DNA of 59,382 bases, the filler included, from Dimargaris cristalligena (taxonomy: Eukaryota), in assembly GCA_003614675.1 (NCBI GenBank). It is 5 parts of 5 records of this genome, joined end to end, with 100 filler letters (N's around TTAATTAATTAA, not from the genome) between each part and the next. Parts side by side here need not be neighbours in the genome. Positions count along the whole stretch, not along the records: positions 23,830 to 35,635 come from ML003085.1; positions 35,736 to 47,517 come from ML003086.1; 3 more parts are not named here. One strand, given 5' to 3'. Positions 23,830 through 37,342 of the stretch are shown one piece after another (position 1 is the first letter of the stretch; each line of letters opens with the position of its first letter). The notes under the pieces are model-generated. The model worked only from the letters and a program-made list of their open reading frames with translations, was not told where the DNA came from and did not search any database. Position numbers and translations under genes: made by a program.

Positions 23830-26550
23830 CCAATTGAAAAAAACTAACATTATGAGCCAATGTTCTCGGTAAGGATATCTAGGGTTTAGCCCAGAGCCTC
23901 CACAAATCGGGCCTCAGCCGGATTCCGTTGACTAATGACAGAGCAGTGGCCGGACATTACGGTTAATTGAGAAAGAAGGTTAACCAAGCCATGTCAATCG
24001 GTCTTTCCATTCGTGGTGCTGGGTAGTTTATTGAGGGAAAATGGGGCATAGATGACCATGTACGGAGGCAAGTAGTTTGGCGAGTGGGCCTTGAGGGGAC
24101 CTATTGAATACATGGCAGTGATGGTCCCAGTCCGCAGCCCCTTAACGGGATAAGGCCTTCTCCGTAGCGATAATCAACCTAAGTTTGGGACACTTGCTAT
24201 GATCCAAGGAAGCCAGTACCGTAGGGGTGGCCGCTAAGCTATCTACTAGAGGCAGGGGTATCTAGGAGGATGGTACGCTAACCAAGCGCAGTTCCCTGCA
24301 CTAACTGATTAAAGTCTCGAAAAGGACGCAGGCCAACCCCAAAGGGTCATATTCTAAGTCAGGCGCAATCTGGCTGCAATTTCAATTTATGATGCAATCT
24401 GTTAGGCTAGAGTAGCCATGACCCAGTGCTCTGACTGGGCATTCCTGAGTCTGTTCCTGGTTCCACACATGTAAATAATACAAGACAAGTCCTTAGAGAG
24501 GATGTTGGGTAGAGAGGGGCCACTCATTAAAGGGGATTTCGAGGGGCGAGGGTCATTCATCGTTGGCCTGGAAATAGACACGGGGAAGGGCCTGGTGAAT
24601 AGCATCAAGGCGGACCTGGTCAATTGGTTTGGGTAAAATTAGGTGATTACCGCAATCCTTCTGCACTTAGTGAACGCAGTCACAGGGGAAGGCCGGGCCA
24701 ATTGGTGCAATAGCTGCGCCAGCCAAACCAACCCCCAAATGGGCAACTATGGTACTGGTAACTTGGCCAATAATTAAGCTAACTGGTGTCTCCCGCCTGG
24801 TCCCCTAGAGCAATATGTGGCTGACTACGCTCACGGATCAGCCGTACAGGCCTTCATAGGACTATTGCAAGATGCTGAATTTGACCAAAATGGTGCCATG
24901 GGCTGAAAGGGCGGTCCGAGTGAATAGTTCTGGTACACCAGTTTCAAATTTAATGGCCATGTGGGAGTGGGCGAGCTGCCCGGTGGCCAGTGCTATTTCG
25001 CTTGTGGAGAGCAATAATAAATGGCCTTTGGTGAATACATGCCCATCTGCATTAGCCAAGGCAGAGGTCAAGCTAGGAAAGAGGGTGGTTAGGTAGCACG
25101 ACTGGGCCCCTATATAGCACCGGTTATACGCGGCTGTGCTCCAGTTTAAATTCACTGCAAGTTGAGTGTATTCTACTTGGACAATGCTAGTCAGAGGGTA
25201 GTTGGTGAACCAAAAAATAAACGGGGTTCAGTGAATGTAGCCAGACGTCCGGGACTCTCCAAACCAGTGTCGGTGTGGTTTTGGTATTCTAGCAATACGT
25301 TAAACATATCACTTGGAGGAAACTCACCATCAACCCACTCGCTAATCTTTGAAAAAAGTATATATTCAAAGGAAACCATATTCTGGGAGCTTTAATCAAT
25401 GATTATGACCAGTCCAATATTTGACATTTCTGCCTTTGGTGTGATTCGGAAAGGCACAGTATCGATAAAGTAGCTGAAAAGGAACTCTATTGCCAGGGTG
25501 TGGCAAGGTCCGCCTAGAAACTGCGTTATCAAACACCACATTGGTCTGGTCGGTGTATTGTCCTATTAAGAGAGGCCAGGGGGGCCTGGTTAGAGTGTAT
25601 AGGCCAATGCTAGCTCGATGGGTCACGTGGTACAGTTGACTGGCGTCGGGGAATAAAATAAGCCAAAATCGGCCCTGCAAGAATCAGTAGTGCCAGGAGG
25701 TTTTGGTAAGAACAGCTCGGCGAGTTGTTCCCGGTCCTGCGTATATTCTCGCCGTAACGAATCGGACCCTGCATTGTCTGGGTTCTGGATATATAATACA
25801 TAGTCCTAAAATGAGGTCGTCGAACTGGAGTTAAAGATGATATTTCTTTAAAAGCCGACGTGGGGATTGATTTGACACACTGCTGATAAATTATCCGGCA
25901 GTAAGCGTATGGTGGGTGGCTGGCACATAACGGAACGAGTCAGCTGCGGTCAGTCACTTGATATATATGAATAGGAGCGGTGCATGCGGTCTGAACCTGT
26001 TATCTAAATTCATAAGTAGGAGGTCCTCCTCGTTATAAGCACCAATATTTATCCACTCACTAACCACATGTCAGCCGAACCAGGGTTTTCGAGCGACACC
26101 CTGGTTGTAGGGATTCCTCTGTGATATCACAAACACGGGGCACAGAGTAGCACATTGACTAACTATAGTCTGAATGGGAGCTGGTCGGAATTCTATACAC
26201 TGGCTACAGTGAAAGCCATTCAAACAAGGTGTTTGGGGATTCTTGGCCGTGGCTATCCACATGTTCTGCTGCATGGGCAGCATGGGGCTATGATCCTCTA
26301 CATGACTGGCAGCCAAGCTAGTCATTAATTCCGGACACAGTATCTAGAGGGCTCAGTTGTGCATGGACAAGGCTCCCCTATTTATTTTATGGTCCAGATA
26401 GTTGAAGTAATTGTCCATCGGAGAGTAGGGCTGTTTAATTAAATCCGTGGTTTGCGGACGGTGTAATGGCTGCTGAAGGCCAGGCTGAGGAATATTACAG
26501 TCTCTAATTCAGCATTCACCGGAGCCCAACAGTGAACCAATAAAGTAAAC
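23830..26550 (-). pseudogene. Decayed non-ribosomal peptide synthetase fragment (E remnant - C - internally deleted A - start of T)
   Basis: Minus-strand frames give, in order, YFNYLD (E-like), VEDHSPMLPMQQNMWIATAK and QYTDQTNVVFDNAVSRR / DMFNVLLEYQN (C), SYEGL, LGVGLAGAAIAPIGPAFP (A2), DLSCIIYMCGT (A3), LPPYM...LPSTTNGKTD (A9/A10), then RNPAEARFVEAL (T), all interrupted by stops and frameshifts. Confidence 0.8.
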
Positions 26551-28112
26551 CAACTGACGGTATGGTAAGAATCGAGATTGAATTGTCACGAACAACAACT
26601 ATGAGATTTATTGAAACCAACCATTACTGGGGTCCTTATAATAGAATACAGGGCCTGGAATAGCCTAGCGAACATAAGCTACAGAGGATAGATGATATTT
26701 GCCGTATCAGGATTAGGAAGGGCATCAAACATATCAGAACCATATGTGACCAGTCGATACTGGGTATTCAAAGCCAGGCAGTATAATCCAGCGCGGGGCC
26801 AAAATGATGATTATGAAGATATTTGCGGGTAATTCGAATTGACATCGGAAATAGCAAGTTGGGCGTTTTCACCCTTCAATACCCTTCTCCTCTCTTATGT
26901 TATTCACCCAATTCACTGTCTCGCCCACCAATCTCGAATAGCATGATATTAATTAACACACTCATGCTGGCATATCTATATACCCATACCAACATTGTCG
27001 GTTATTGATTCCCTTGCTAACAACCCATCAGTCTACGGACCTCTTACCTACGTTATATTCATACCGGTTCAGTTTGCTTCTGGCATTCTTTGTATATATT
27101 TCCTGTTTTAAACTTCAACTCTTCCCTCCCGGCCTTCTGTTTCCTACTCATGGTCCCACGGCCCTCCTCCTCCTCCTTCTACCCTGCCGCATCCCAATAA
27201 TGCCCCGAAATCCTGCCCTTTAGTGTCCTTTGGCATGATTACCGCACTCCTCCAACACAACTTAAGCATGGTCTAAACCACCAGGTGTGACGCTATTTAC
27301 TGTGGGTGGATTTCCGTAATCAGCCGATTTCAATTGGTGTGACTGCAAATGACCGTGGTTCCCATTTGATAAATAACTACCAGGCAGTTCCCGAATACAT
27401 ATACATGCATTACTATTTACTATCTTGCGGTTAAACTTATTTAGACGGCCTTCAATACACTGATGACCACCATCCAATAAAAAGTAGAACAAGGCCCTTA
27501 AACCCAGTTCCGCGGATTCTGCCTACCAGACTCCGTTAGTCGTTCGTACCAACCCCTGACCAACCCACTGCTGTCCAGATTCATATCTAGAAGAATTTTA
27601 TGCGTGCCACCAATGTGCCCCCGAATATCACGGCTGTTAAGACTACACCCCAAACCCGGCGACACCATGGCTTTTATTAGACTAAGCTCCATGAAATCTA
27701 CCACCCAATCTCATCCCACTGCCCAGCCTCAGGTGGCTAACCCAGGTTTCCCCAGCCATCCCATGGCCATACAACTCCGCATTTTGAAACATCCCCTTTG
27801 CATTACCAAGATAGCCCAGACCACGCCAGCATCCGTAGTCGAATTCAAGCCCACCCACGCGGCTCTTATTAAGCCTAGTCCGGTGTACTCTGCCGTCGGG
27901 CCTTACCCTTTCACATTAGCCCCGAGACCATTTAATATTGGACTATAATGACTCGATATGGCGAGGCTAAGGCGGAAACGGAAGAATATGCAGTGCCGTG
28001 AGAACGTCGGCCATCGGCCTTCAGTATCCGGCTTCCAATTCATCCACCGATTCTGATGACAACTTAAGGATGATCAATTATTTCAACGTTTACGATTGAT
28101 TTCATCTGATAT

Positions 28113-28290
28113 GACGAATTCTATGTGAATATTTTCCACGCCTTTCGGGAAGTCAACACCCGATTTGTGCTATTTATTTTCAGAACATGACCATACGCTA
28201 TAACGAGTTTTATGAGAATGTTTTCATGCCTTTCGGGAAGTTAACAGCCGATTAATGATTTGATATTCATGACAATGGCCATGTGCTATG
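28113..28290. repeat. Degenerate tandem duplication, ~89-bp unit x2
   Basis: ...gcctttcgggaagtcaacacccgatt... recurs as ...gcctttcgggaagttaacagccgatt... about 89 bp later, with similar flanks. Confidence 0.7.
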
Positions 28291-29518
28291 GCGACTTGAT
28301 AATGTTATTATGAGTTACGTATAATGGTATTTGGGATACTTAAAAACGATTGCTTCACGTCCTTGATTTGGAGAGCCCTCTTCCTCTCAGGAAAGTAATA
28401 CGTTTACGCATACCTTTCCATTTCTTTCACAATTTTAGGATTCCATTGCAATAATTATCTATAAGTAAATCTTGTAATGATTGAAACGGTTATTTTCTAC
28501 CAGTATATTGACTATTTCTATGGCCCGATTGATATTATGCCACCCCTCTATTTTGTTCCTTCTGGGGTTAACGTTCCTTTCTTGGTCGGCCAGGAGACAC
28601 CCCCATCGACGCCAGCACGCCCTACGCCCGTGGCCGCAATGCCCATGCGCATCTCCAAGCCTGGCAACCGATGGCCGGATCCTGACGGCAATACATATAC
28701 AGCCGAGCTGAGCTTCACCCATATTCACTGTTGGTTTGAAGGCTCTTCCAATCCCCCCTCTCCCGAGTCTTCTTGATTCCAGCGGGGATACCGTACGATG
28801 CCCCTATTACTACTGGCGTATGGCCCTCTGGCCACCTCCTCACATGGGAATATTTACCGTGTTGCAACCTATTTATTCCTTAGCCCACATCTACTTTGTC
28901 TACCCCTAAAATTCCTTATATGTATACTCCCGGCCAGTGTACTTGGGTCCCAGTGGTAATGCCGTACCGACTGCGGCACTGGGCATCGGCCAAGCAGTTC
29001 ATGGCAACGGGCTTACAGCCAGGGTGGAGCCACCTCCAACCGGACAGGACTCTTGTGAAGGAGAACCTGACGCCGTTGCCGGGGCCAACTTTGGAATAGC
29101 TGCGGTAAACCCGCCATCGGCCTCTAACATCCATGTCCCTAACCATAAGGTGCCTAACACCATTGTTAGACTAGACCAGGACGAAGACTCCGACTGAGAC
29201 AACAGGCGCACCTGCGACCGCACCATTCCGACTTAACCCTCTAATTCTCCAATATAAAATGAAGGATGTACTAGGCGATGTAATGTCCCCCACCAGATGA
29301 TTATTACTCCCATTTGCTCATTAAATATTCATTCGCGATTATACTCGTTTACCATTTCCTGTCTCGAACCGATAATAAATCCACTCATCGGTTATTATAT
29401 CTACATACGCTCACCAATTCGCTAAGTATCACTAACACCGTATATCGATATCCTCCCCCTTGGTTCCCCAACTCGAGGTACCAATCAAACTAACTCTTGG
29501 TGCTGTACACTTGGTAAG

Positions 29519-29664
29519 CATATGGGAGTAGTTCAACCAGGCTGTATAACAAAAAATCCATTTGATGAGGCAAATACTACTGGTTGAAAATAAACATCCC
29601 AGCGATTTTCCCATACACATATCAGTTAAACCCTTATACAGCCAAGCTGAACTTCACCCATATA
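29519..29664 (+). mobile_element. ~145-bp MITE-like element, copy 1
   Basis: Imperfect ~30-bp terminal inverted repeats (ATATGGGAGTAGTTCAACCAGGCTGTATAA ... TTATACAGCCAAGCTGAACTTCACCCATAT); very similar to 54549-54694. Confidence 0.8.
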
Positions 29665-30301
29665 CTGGTTCGGACTCTGATTCGGTAATAGAGTGGTTAG
29701 CCACTACAGCGGTACTTCTTGATCCATACTCTCGCATTTGTATTGATATCCTCTGCCCCGCCTGCCAGAATGGTTGCCTGCCCTTGAAATCGCTATGAGC
29801 GGGTGATAGAGCCCAGTCTTATGTCAATATTACCGGTTTCACTACGAGAATATGAAATCCACAATCCTACTGGTCCATCAGGTCTTGATGCAACGACTTT
29901 GCTGTGGACCTGGGCGTCCGGCTGAGCCCCATAATCTCAGAAAGTTGTATCGGATTCATTCCAGTTACAATATCAATCGGCCCCAACTATTCTTAAGGTA
30001 TTAATAAAGTAAGTGCGGGCCTGATGTATTTATTAATTTTGGAAAGGTTTAGTCTAGCTTTATAAAGTAGCGATCATTGATTGAGCCAGGCTTTACTAAT
30101 GAATACCCCCACTTCTCCGCCGATGTTCACCTTTAAACTATATGTAAAATCCTAAATGGTTGAAATGGACACCTCCCATATTGAGAATTTAACATAAATC
30201 AAACTAGGTATATTATATAAAAGTGCAAGACGGGCTACAGTGCAGAGTGTCGTCCTCAATATATTCGTAGTGGTATAAGTGCTATATCAATCGACCTTCC
30301 A

Positions 30302-33300
30302 TCAAAGTACAGTATAGCGCCCAGTAGCCTCGCCTGATGTGCCGTGTCCACTACCCCCCATACCGCCACCACCTCCACCTCCACCTCCACCACCACCCCC
30401 TCGAGCCTCCGACTCCATGACTTGGACCGTGGTATCGGCTAATATACGGCGAATTTCGGTCCGGGCTTTTTCGACCGCTTGTTGTTGATGACTCTCGATG
30501 TATAGGTACAGTTTCCGCTCATCGCTACCGTTGGGGGGCTGCTTACCCGGCGGGAAAAAGGTACCTCGGGTAGTAATTGCTGCTCCGGTCAACTCCGTAA
30601 TTTGGTCGATTTGGTCTTTGTTGGTGACCCGCCAGCGGGCCTTTTGCGGGAAGTCATTGATTTCGATTTCAAAGGAGAATAGTGGGTGTGCGGTTTCCTC
30701 GGTGTTGGTAGCAGGGTCGGCAGTGGCCGCATGATCGGATGGCATACTTTGAGTGCCCCCGTGAGCGGTTCCGGCTCCAGGGCGTTGGGCCGCTACCTCC
30801 AACTGTGCGTTAATCTCTGCCAGAATGTCGCGTGATTTAGATGGTCCATCGACACCCGGGCCAGCGCTGGTAACCGCCTGGGCTGCCACAAGGGCGGCTG
30901 CCTTGCGAGCGGCTTCTAGGGCCGCATTCACAGGCGGGGTAGCCGTGGCTCCTGCTGGGCCATTGGCCGATTTGGCGGATATTGTGCGGCTCGTCTGTCG
31001 GATCGCAGTTTCGCCAGAGGTAAAGGCACCGCCAGAACCTTGCTCACCGTCGGACCGATCACCCGAGTTGGCATCCGCAGCCGCCACGTCGTCGTCGTCG
31101 TCATCATCATCATCATTTGCCCCATAGGCCTTCTTCTGCAGTTGTTTAATCTTGTCCCGGTCCTTGTCCAATTTCTCGAGGCCCTTACCGCCGAAGCCGG
31201 AACCGGAAAAGTGGGCTTCACCGGTTTCGACTTTCTGCCTAAACCGGTCGGCCAGCGCCTGTACCGGTACCGGTATGGGCGCGTTACTTTGCTTGAGGGC
31301 CTTCACGATGTCCACGGCGTACCGCTCTTGGTTAGGCGTCAGGAATGTGTAGGCGTCGCCTTGGTGGCCAGCTCGGCCCGTCCGTCCGACCCGATGGACG
31401 TAGTCCTCTAAGTGGTTAGGGCAATCGTAGTTGATGACATAGTTGAGGTTTTTGACGTCCAATCCGCGGGCCGCCACCGACGTGGCGATTAGAATCCGGG
31501 TTACGCCCTGTTTGAAATCGGTGATGGCACTGTCCCGATCCACCTGATCCTTGCCACCGTGGAGAGACATGCACGGGTAACCACGTCGCATCAGTTCCCG
31601 CAGCAGTTGATCCGCGGCATCCTGCCGGTCGACGAAGATCAGGCAGCGTGTCTGGAGCGAGTCGTCGGCGAAAGCGCGGCCGAGGATTTCGAGCAGACGG
31701 AAACTCTTAGCCCGCTCGTCGTCTAGTACTTCGACATGCTGAGTGACATCGGAGCACACCACACTCCGACCCCCTACGGTGATTTCTAAAGGGCGTCGCA
31801 GAATTTTGCGGGCCAGTGCCTCCATCTGACGCGGGAAGGTAGCCGAGAAGAGGACGGTTTGCCGATCGGGGCGAACATTGTTGACGATTCGCATAACCTG
31901 AGGCTCGAAGCCCATATCGAACATGCGGTCAGCCTCATCCAGAACCAGGTAGGTGACCCGGGCGAGACTCGTGAGTCGCCCGGCATTGGCGCATAGTAGA
32001 TCGATTAAACGCCCGGGAGTGCACACAACTACCTCAGCTCCACGTTTGAGTTCGGCGATATTTTCTTTAATAGGGGACCCGCCGTACGCACACAGGGCTC
32101 GCAGACCCAGGGCCTTGGCAAACCACTTGCACTCCCTGTGGATTTGTACGGCCAGTTCTCGAGTGGGGGTCATAATAAGTGCAATCGGACCCTCTCCGGA
32201 TTCGAGTGGCCGCTGGGACTTGATGTGCCGGAACATAGGCAGGAGAAAGGCCAGTGTTTTGCCACTGCCCGTTTTAGCCACGCCAATAATGTCCCGACCG
32301 GACAAAATGGCGGGGACCGCTTGGGCCTGAATTGGTGTTGGGGCAGCGAAATTCAATTTTTTGATGATCTCGGTACTAGTTAGAGGTAAAAAAAGGAATA
32401 GGTGTTGGAGGGAGGGGGTGTTGGGAAATGGTACCAAAATCGGAAAGTACAAAGCAAAACGGGTCAGAAGGAGTATATAGTTGGTCAATGGAGCACACCT
32501 GGTCGAATGGGAGGATGGTGTGCGGTCGGCCACTAGCTTGGCAAATTTAGGAAAGGGATACACGCCAGTGCGGAACTAATGAATAGGTTATAGGAACAAA
32601 AAAGAGCACTCACCACCGTGCCGGAAGGCCGAATTGAGTCCACTTGCGAACCGGCTTGGGACACTGCACACCCCGAATTTTAATGTCATCCAGCTCACTT
32701 CGGATGGCATCTACGGCCTCGGGTGTCAAGTCACGGAGTTCGGCAGGTTCGATAAAGAAATCCTTTTGAAAGGCCTCGTAGTGCACCGCATTGTGGTCCA
32801 CGATGGCCAGGTCTTTCTTTTTAATCCGTTTTGCCGCCATGCTAATTTGGGGGAAATGGTTTCGGATAATGAGTATATAAATGGAGTGGGTCATAAAGTG
32901 AGTAAGTGAGAATAACCCGGACCCAGTAGCTTGCCCATGCCATGCAGTATAGCCAGCCTATAGAAATGAAACAAGGTGCCGGGGATTGAGCCCGGGAGTG
33001 CAATGGCGCATCCAGGAGTGAAAAGCAGCTAAACATCAATTCCCATCAGGACACAATTAAGAAATAATACTTACGCCAAAATGTCTTCGGCTGATTGTGC
33101 GCCGGATTCTTCAGGCTCTTCTAAGTCCGAGTCAAGCGCCGCAGCTTCAGCGAGGCTGGATACTGGGGCGGAGGAATCCGCAATAGAAACAGGGGTATTG
33201 TCGCGAGCAGAGCCTAGGTCTTGGCGTACCTGGTCCTCTGCCTGGATCTTTTTAACCTCGTCATTAACATCAACCATGAACATATCTAGGCTATCCTCGC

Positions 33301-34178
33301 CAGGTCCATCGATCGCCGGTGTCTCAATATTTGCCGAAGTCGCCCCAGACTCCCCGCTCATATCCGGAGACAGGTTGGTTTCCCCTTGATCTGTATCTGG
33401 TTCGACGGGGGGCAACTCCACCAGGCGGATTTTCTTACGTTTCCCCTGATGGCTGTCGTTATTGTCGTCACTGTCGCTGGCTTTAAACGCGGCCAAAGGT
33501 CGGACTGCTTTGGACCGCGCTTTAAATCCCAGCCGAAGGCTAGTGGATGGACCAGCAGCGAGACCAGGTTTACCTAGAGTGGCCGGAGACGAGGCCGGGG
33601 CGCCTGTGGGTTTGAAATTAAATAGGGTAGTTTTACGGGAATTGGTCAGAGTAGAGAACCCGGTCGAAGCTAATGGGGATTGGACTGGTTTAGTAGTGCT
33701 TGTGGACACGTCTACAGAATTAGGTTGGTCCAATGAGGTTACCTTAGACATATCTGCCGCAGGTAAAGCCCCGGGAAGTGGCTCGGCAGTGGCGGTTGTA
33801 GCTGCTTAGATGGATTAGTAAACGGCAGGTTCAGGTCGGGTTCATAGGGTCGACGGAATACAGTGTGTAAAATAATAAGAGATATGTAAGTTTAGGGATA
33901 GGGGTGGCTATGCGTTTCACTAGCATACGCTTATTGTGCGTTTCTATTGCAGGGTCAGCTTATATGCAGCTAAAGCCATGCTATGCCAATGGACTACCAG
34001 TGTTCGGAAGAGGTGACAGGAACTTACCTATCGGACTGGGCTCGGCCACGGTCGTTGGAGGTGGGGTGGCCGTTCCTTCCTTAGCCTGGTTTTTGGATTC
34101 CCGTTCTTTGCGCCATTTCTCTAGCCGCTCACGCCGGAGCCGGATTTTCTCAGCCGCGTCAGATGTGGTGGAAGTCAT
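30302..34178 (-). CDS. PRP5: DEAD-box pre-mRNA splicing helicase Prp5/DDX46; 4 exons (34178-34028, ~33801-33075, 32841-32614, 32375-30302)
   Basis: RRERLEKWR N-terminus, DSLDMFM motif, AKTGSGKT, PTRELA, DEADRMFDMGFEPQ, SAT, HRVGRTGRAG, GFGGKGL and C-terminal EINDFPQKARWRVT...GRYTVL. Confidence 0.95.
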
Positions 34179-34769
34179 GGAGTCAATGGGAAATGAATTC
34201 GACGGAATGGGAGCGAATCAGCAGTCCTTGGGGTGAAATGCGAAGTAAGAGGTTCTTGGAAGGTTGGATGTAGTTTAGAGCAAAGTCAAGAGAGGAATGG
34301 TGACCCAGAAGATACGTGGGGGCAGCTCAACTACTACAGCTACTGAGGAAGTGAATTCCGCGGCAAATAGGAAGAATGGTGGGGATATTAGGACTTGGTG
34401 GGCTAGCTACAAAAAAGTAGCCAGATTATCCACAATGTGTGTGGTGGCCCTTGCCGGCATGGGGGACCCTCTCCCAAAATCAGTGGCTGGCTAAATAGAG
34501 AAGGACCTCTATATCTCCTACCCATTTAGAAGAGCTTTGGCAATTTGCTTCCGCACCTCTCGATGCTTCCGGCGAACGTGCTATCATCTCCTGTCCAACC
34601 TCCCCTATTTCTTGACCTTGCCTATCCCCCTTGAGGCAGTTTTCCCTTATACCTTACTTACTCTAAACTTCCATTTGATTTACATTGGGCCCTACTACTC
34701 GGACACACTTCCACATTTTCCCGATTATTCACATTACCTTTTCATCCATTTTTCATATAAAACACAACC

Positions 34770-35635
34770 ATGTCGGATCCGTACGACTCTGCCGATCTGT
34801 CCGGCGACGACACCTACTTCCCCGCACAGCGATCGTCGCTTGGCAAAGCTAGTCGGTATGACGTGGACGAGGAGCAGATCGACTACGATGACGACTACGA
34901 CGAAGAGCCTCAAACCAAGGTAAGGGTTTCGTAGTTTCCGGACGCGTCTAATGTATAGTATGGTCCATCTGGGCCGCCCTTCAAGCACACTCACACACAT
35001 GCCTCTCCCCCGTCTATAACCACTGTCCCCTAACCACCGCCACTTGCCTTTGCTATAACTGTACTCGCTATCCACCACACCAGAGGGGACGGAAGAAGAA
35101 CCGGAGCAACATGTTCTTAGACGTGGAGGCCGAAGTCGATGAAGAGGAGGAGGAGGATGAAGAAGAAGAGGAGGATTTCTCAGGGTTCATTCAGGAGGAG
35201 CCCGAGGCCCATGGCGAAGCTACCCGTGGAACCCAGCACCGGGCGTTCGACCGGCGACGGGACCACGACTTCGACGCCGAAGCCGAGGCGGCCCGTCTGT
35301 CCGCCAAATATGGCAAACGCGATACTTACCGACAGGGCGAAGCCTATGCGGACGAAGGGGGGTATATTCCCCAGCGATTCCTTATGCCCGGCGTCAACGA
35401 CCCCTCCCTATGGGTACTCCGGTGCATCCCCGGTAAAGAAAAGGAAATCGTGATGAAGCTGATGCGGAAGTACTTTGATCGGGAATACACCGACAGCCCG
35501 CTGGAAATTATTTCGGTCTTCTGCCGCGACAGCCTTAAAGGCTATATCTATATCGAGGCAACCAAGCAGTCCCACGTGCAGTTCGCCGTGGATGGAGTCC
35601 AGGGCGTTTTCAAATCCAAGTATACCATCGTACCG
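34770..35635 (+). CDS. SPT5: Transcription elongation factor Spt5, 5' part (exons 34770-34919, 35084-35635), truncated
   Basis: Acidic N-terminus, FLDVEAEVDEEEEE, and NGN domain LMPGVNDPSLWVLRCIPGKEKEIV...LKGYIYIEA. Confidence 0.93.
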
Positions 35636-35735
35636 NNNNNNNNNNNNNNNNNNNNNNNNNNNNNNNNNNNNNNNNNNNNTTAATTAATTAANNNNNNNNN
35701 NNNNNNNNNNNNNNNNNNNNNNNNNNNNNNNNNNN
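35636..35735. other. Artificial contig linker
   Basis: N44-TTAATTAATTAA-N44. Confidence 0.98.
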
Positions 35736-37342
35736 GCTTCCCAGTGGATGACTGTGGAGCAAGGGAAGTGGGGGTGTATATATGTAGCCACACAGGAGTT
35801 AAAAATTTGAAATAACCAATTTAATATATACATTACATGTGACTGTAGAAGGATAATATAGCCGTGAACCAAACCTGGTGCATATAATCCATCCCCCATT
35901 GCTCGCCAGGGGTATCAGCAGGGTGGCTTATTAGGGGATTAGTGCTGCTATAGCCGCATGGGAAGAACCTACTTGGCATACGAGGTGTGCTTAATATAGT
36001 CACGGCGCGTGTGCGACTAACTACCCACTAACCATAGCCAAGTGCCTTCTATAGCCCTTATTTAAACCGCCGCCACAGGTATCGCCTGATACGTCATAAA
36101 CGGGTGAACCAATTAGGCGCGTACGAAACCGCAGTGATAAAAATAATCGAACACCACTAGGGTTCTATGGTAGAAGTTCGCTATAGAAGGGCAATCACGC
36201 CCATTGTCAGTGCGGCTTTTTTATGCGACATTGGGCATATTGGCAGGGGGATAGATTAGAGGCCCAGATGGGCTAGGGAATAAATATAGACGGGCCCCTT
36301 TCTTTAGGGGGCAACGACCTGACCCGTCAATCGACGACGAAGGCGCGAGGGTGAGTAAGGGTCATTGGAAGGCCTAACGTTATTCCGGGTCGCAGTGGGT
36401 TTTGGGGGAGGGGCAGAGAAAGGCTTGGCCTGGGCGATTAATTTTTTTAGGTGCAGGCGAAGATAAAAATACCCAACACCACAAGAAGACCAGTTTGGAC
36501 ATCTCTAATGAATGGATCGCCCAGCCGAGCCAGACTGCAAGGATTGGCAGCAGAGGTCGGTCTTGGCTTCGTGTCGCTCACTGGCTGTACCGTATAATAG
36601 AAGAACAAGTGTGCTCGCTTCGCGGTTATCCAAGAATTCAATTACCGTTACCCGCCCTGCCTGTATGCTAACAGCATATACGCTCCAGGCACGCTTCTCT
36701 CTCTTTCTCCCCCCTATTTGAGCCCCGACCGCTACTGCTTCGCTCTTCTTTCCCTTTCAACTCCCTTTTCGCTTATTTTTTTCTCTTTACACTTTGGCAT
36801 TGCCCTGGCTCAGCAACGGGTCCCGTCTTTTACCTGCGCATACTTTAGCTTCTGGCGACCCTCTTCGCACAGCTGCCTTACGCTTCGAAACTCCTCCCGC
36901 TGCTCTGACCTGGCCCATTTCTCTACCCAAGTAAACCCGCCTGTGTTGTCCTAGTCGTCCCTGTCTAGCCCTGCGCTAAAGACTGCACTTGCCGGCCGCC
37001 TTCTATCGGTGTAACTGTATTTTGTCCGGGCCCTTTTATACACTCACCGCTTCTCGAGGTTTACCGGTACATATCTCTATTCCTCTGCTGTGCTGTGGTT
37101 GGACAGTCCGGTGTTTTCTATAGGCAAGCGTTTCCTTGGTCGCTACCGACTGGCTCCTCCCTACTCTTGACCTCCTCCTGCTACTGGTAGACCTTGTTTT
37201 TTTTTCTGTTCCCAGCCACCCTCTCCCCTTATTCCCCACATTGGTCGGACTTATATAATAACAAGTCCCAAAGCCCCGCCGCCTCCAGCCCATACTTGAT
37301 TGGCTCTCGTTCGCCCAATTACCTCATTCTATTTTTGCTCAG

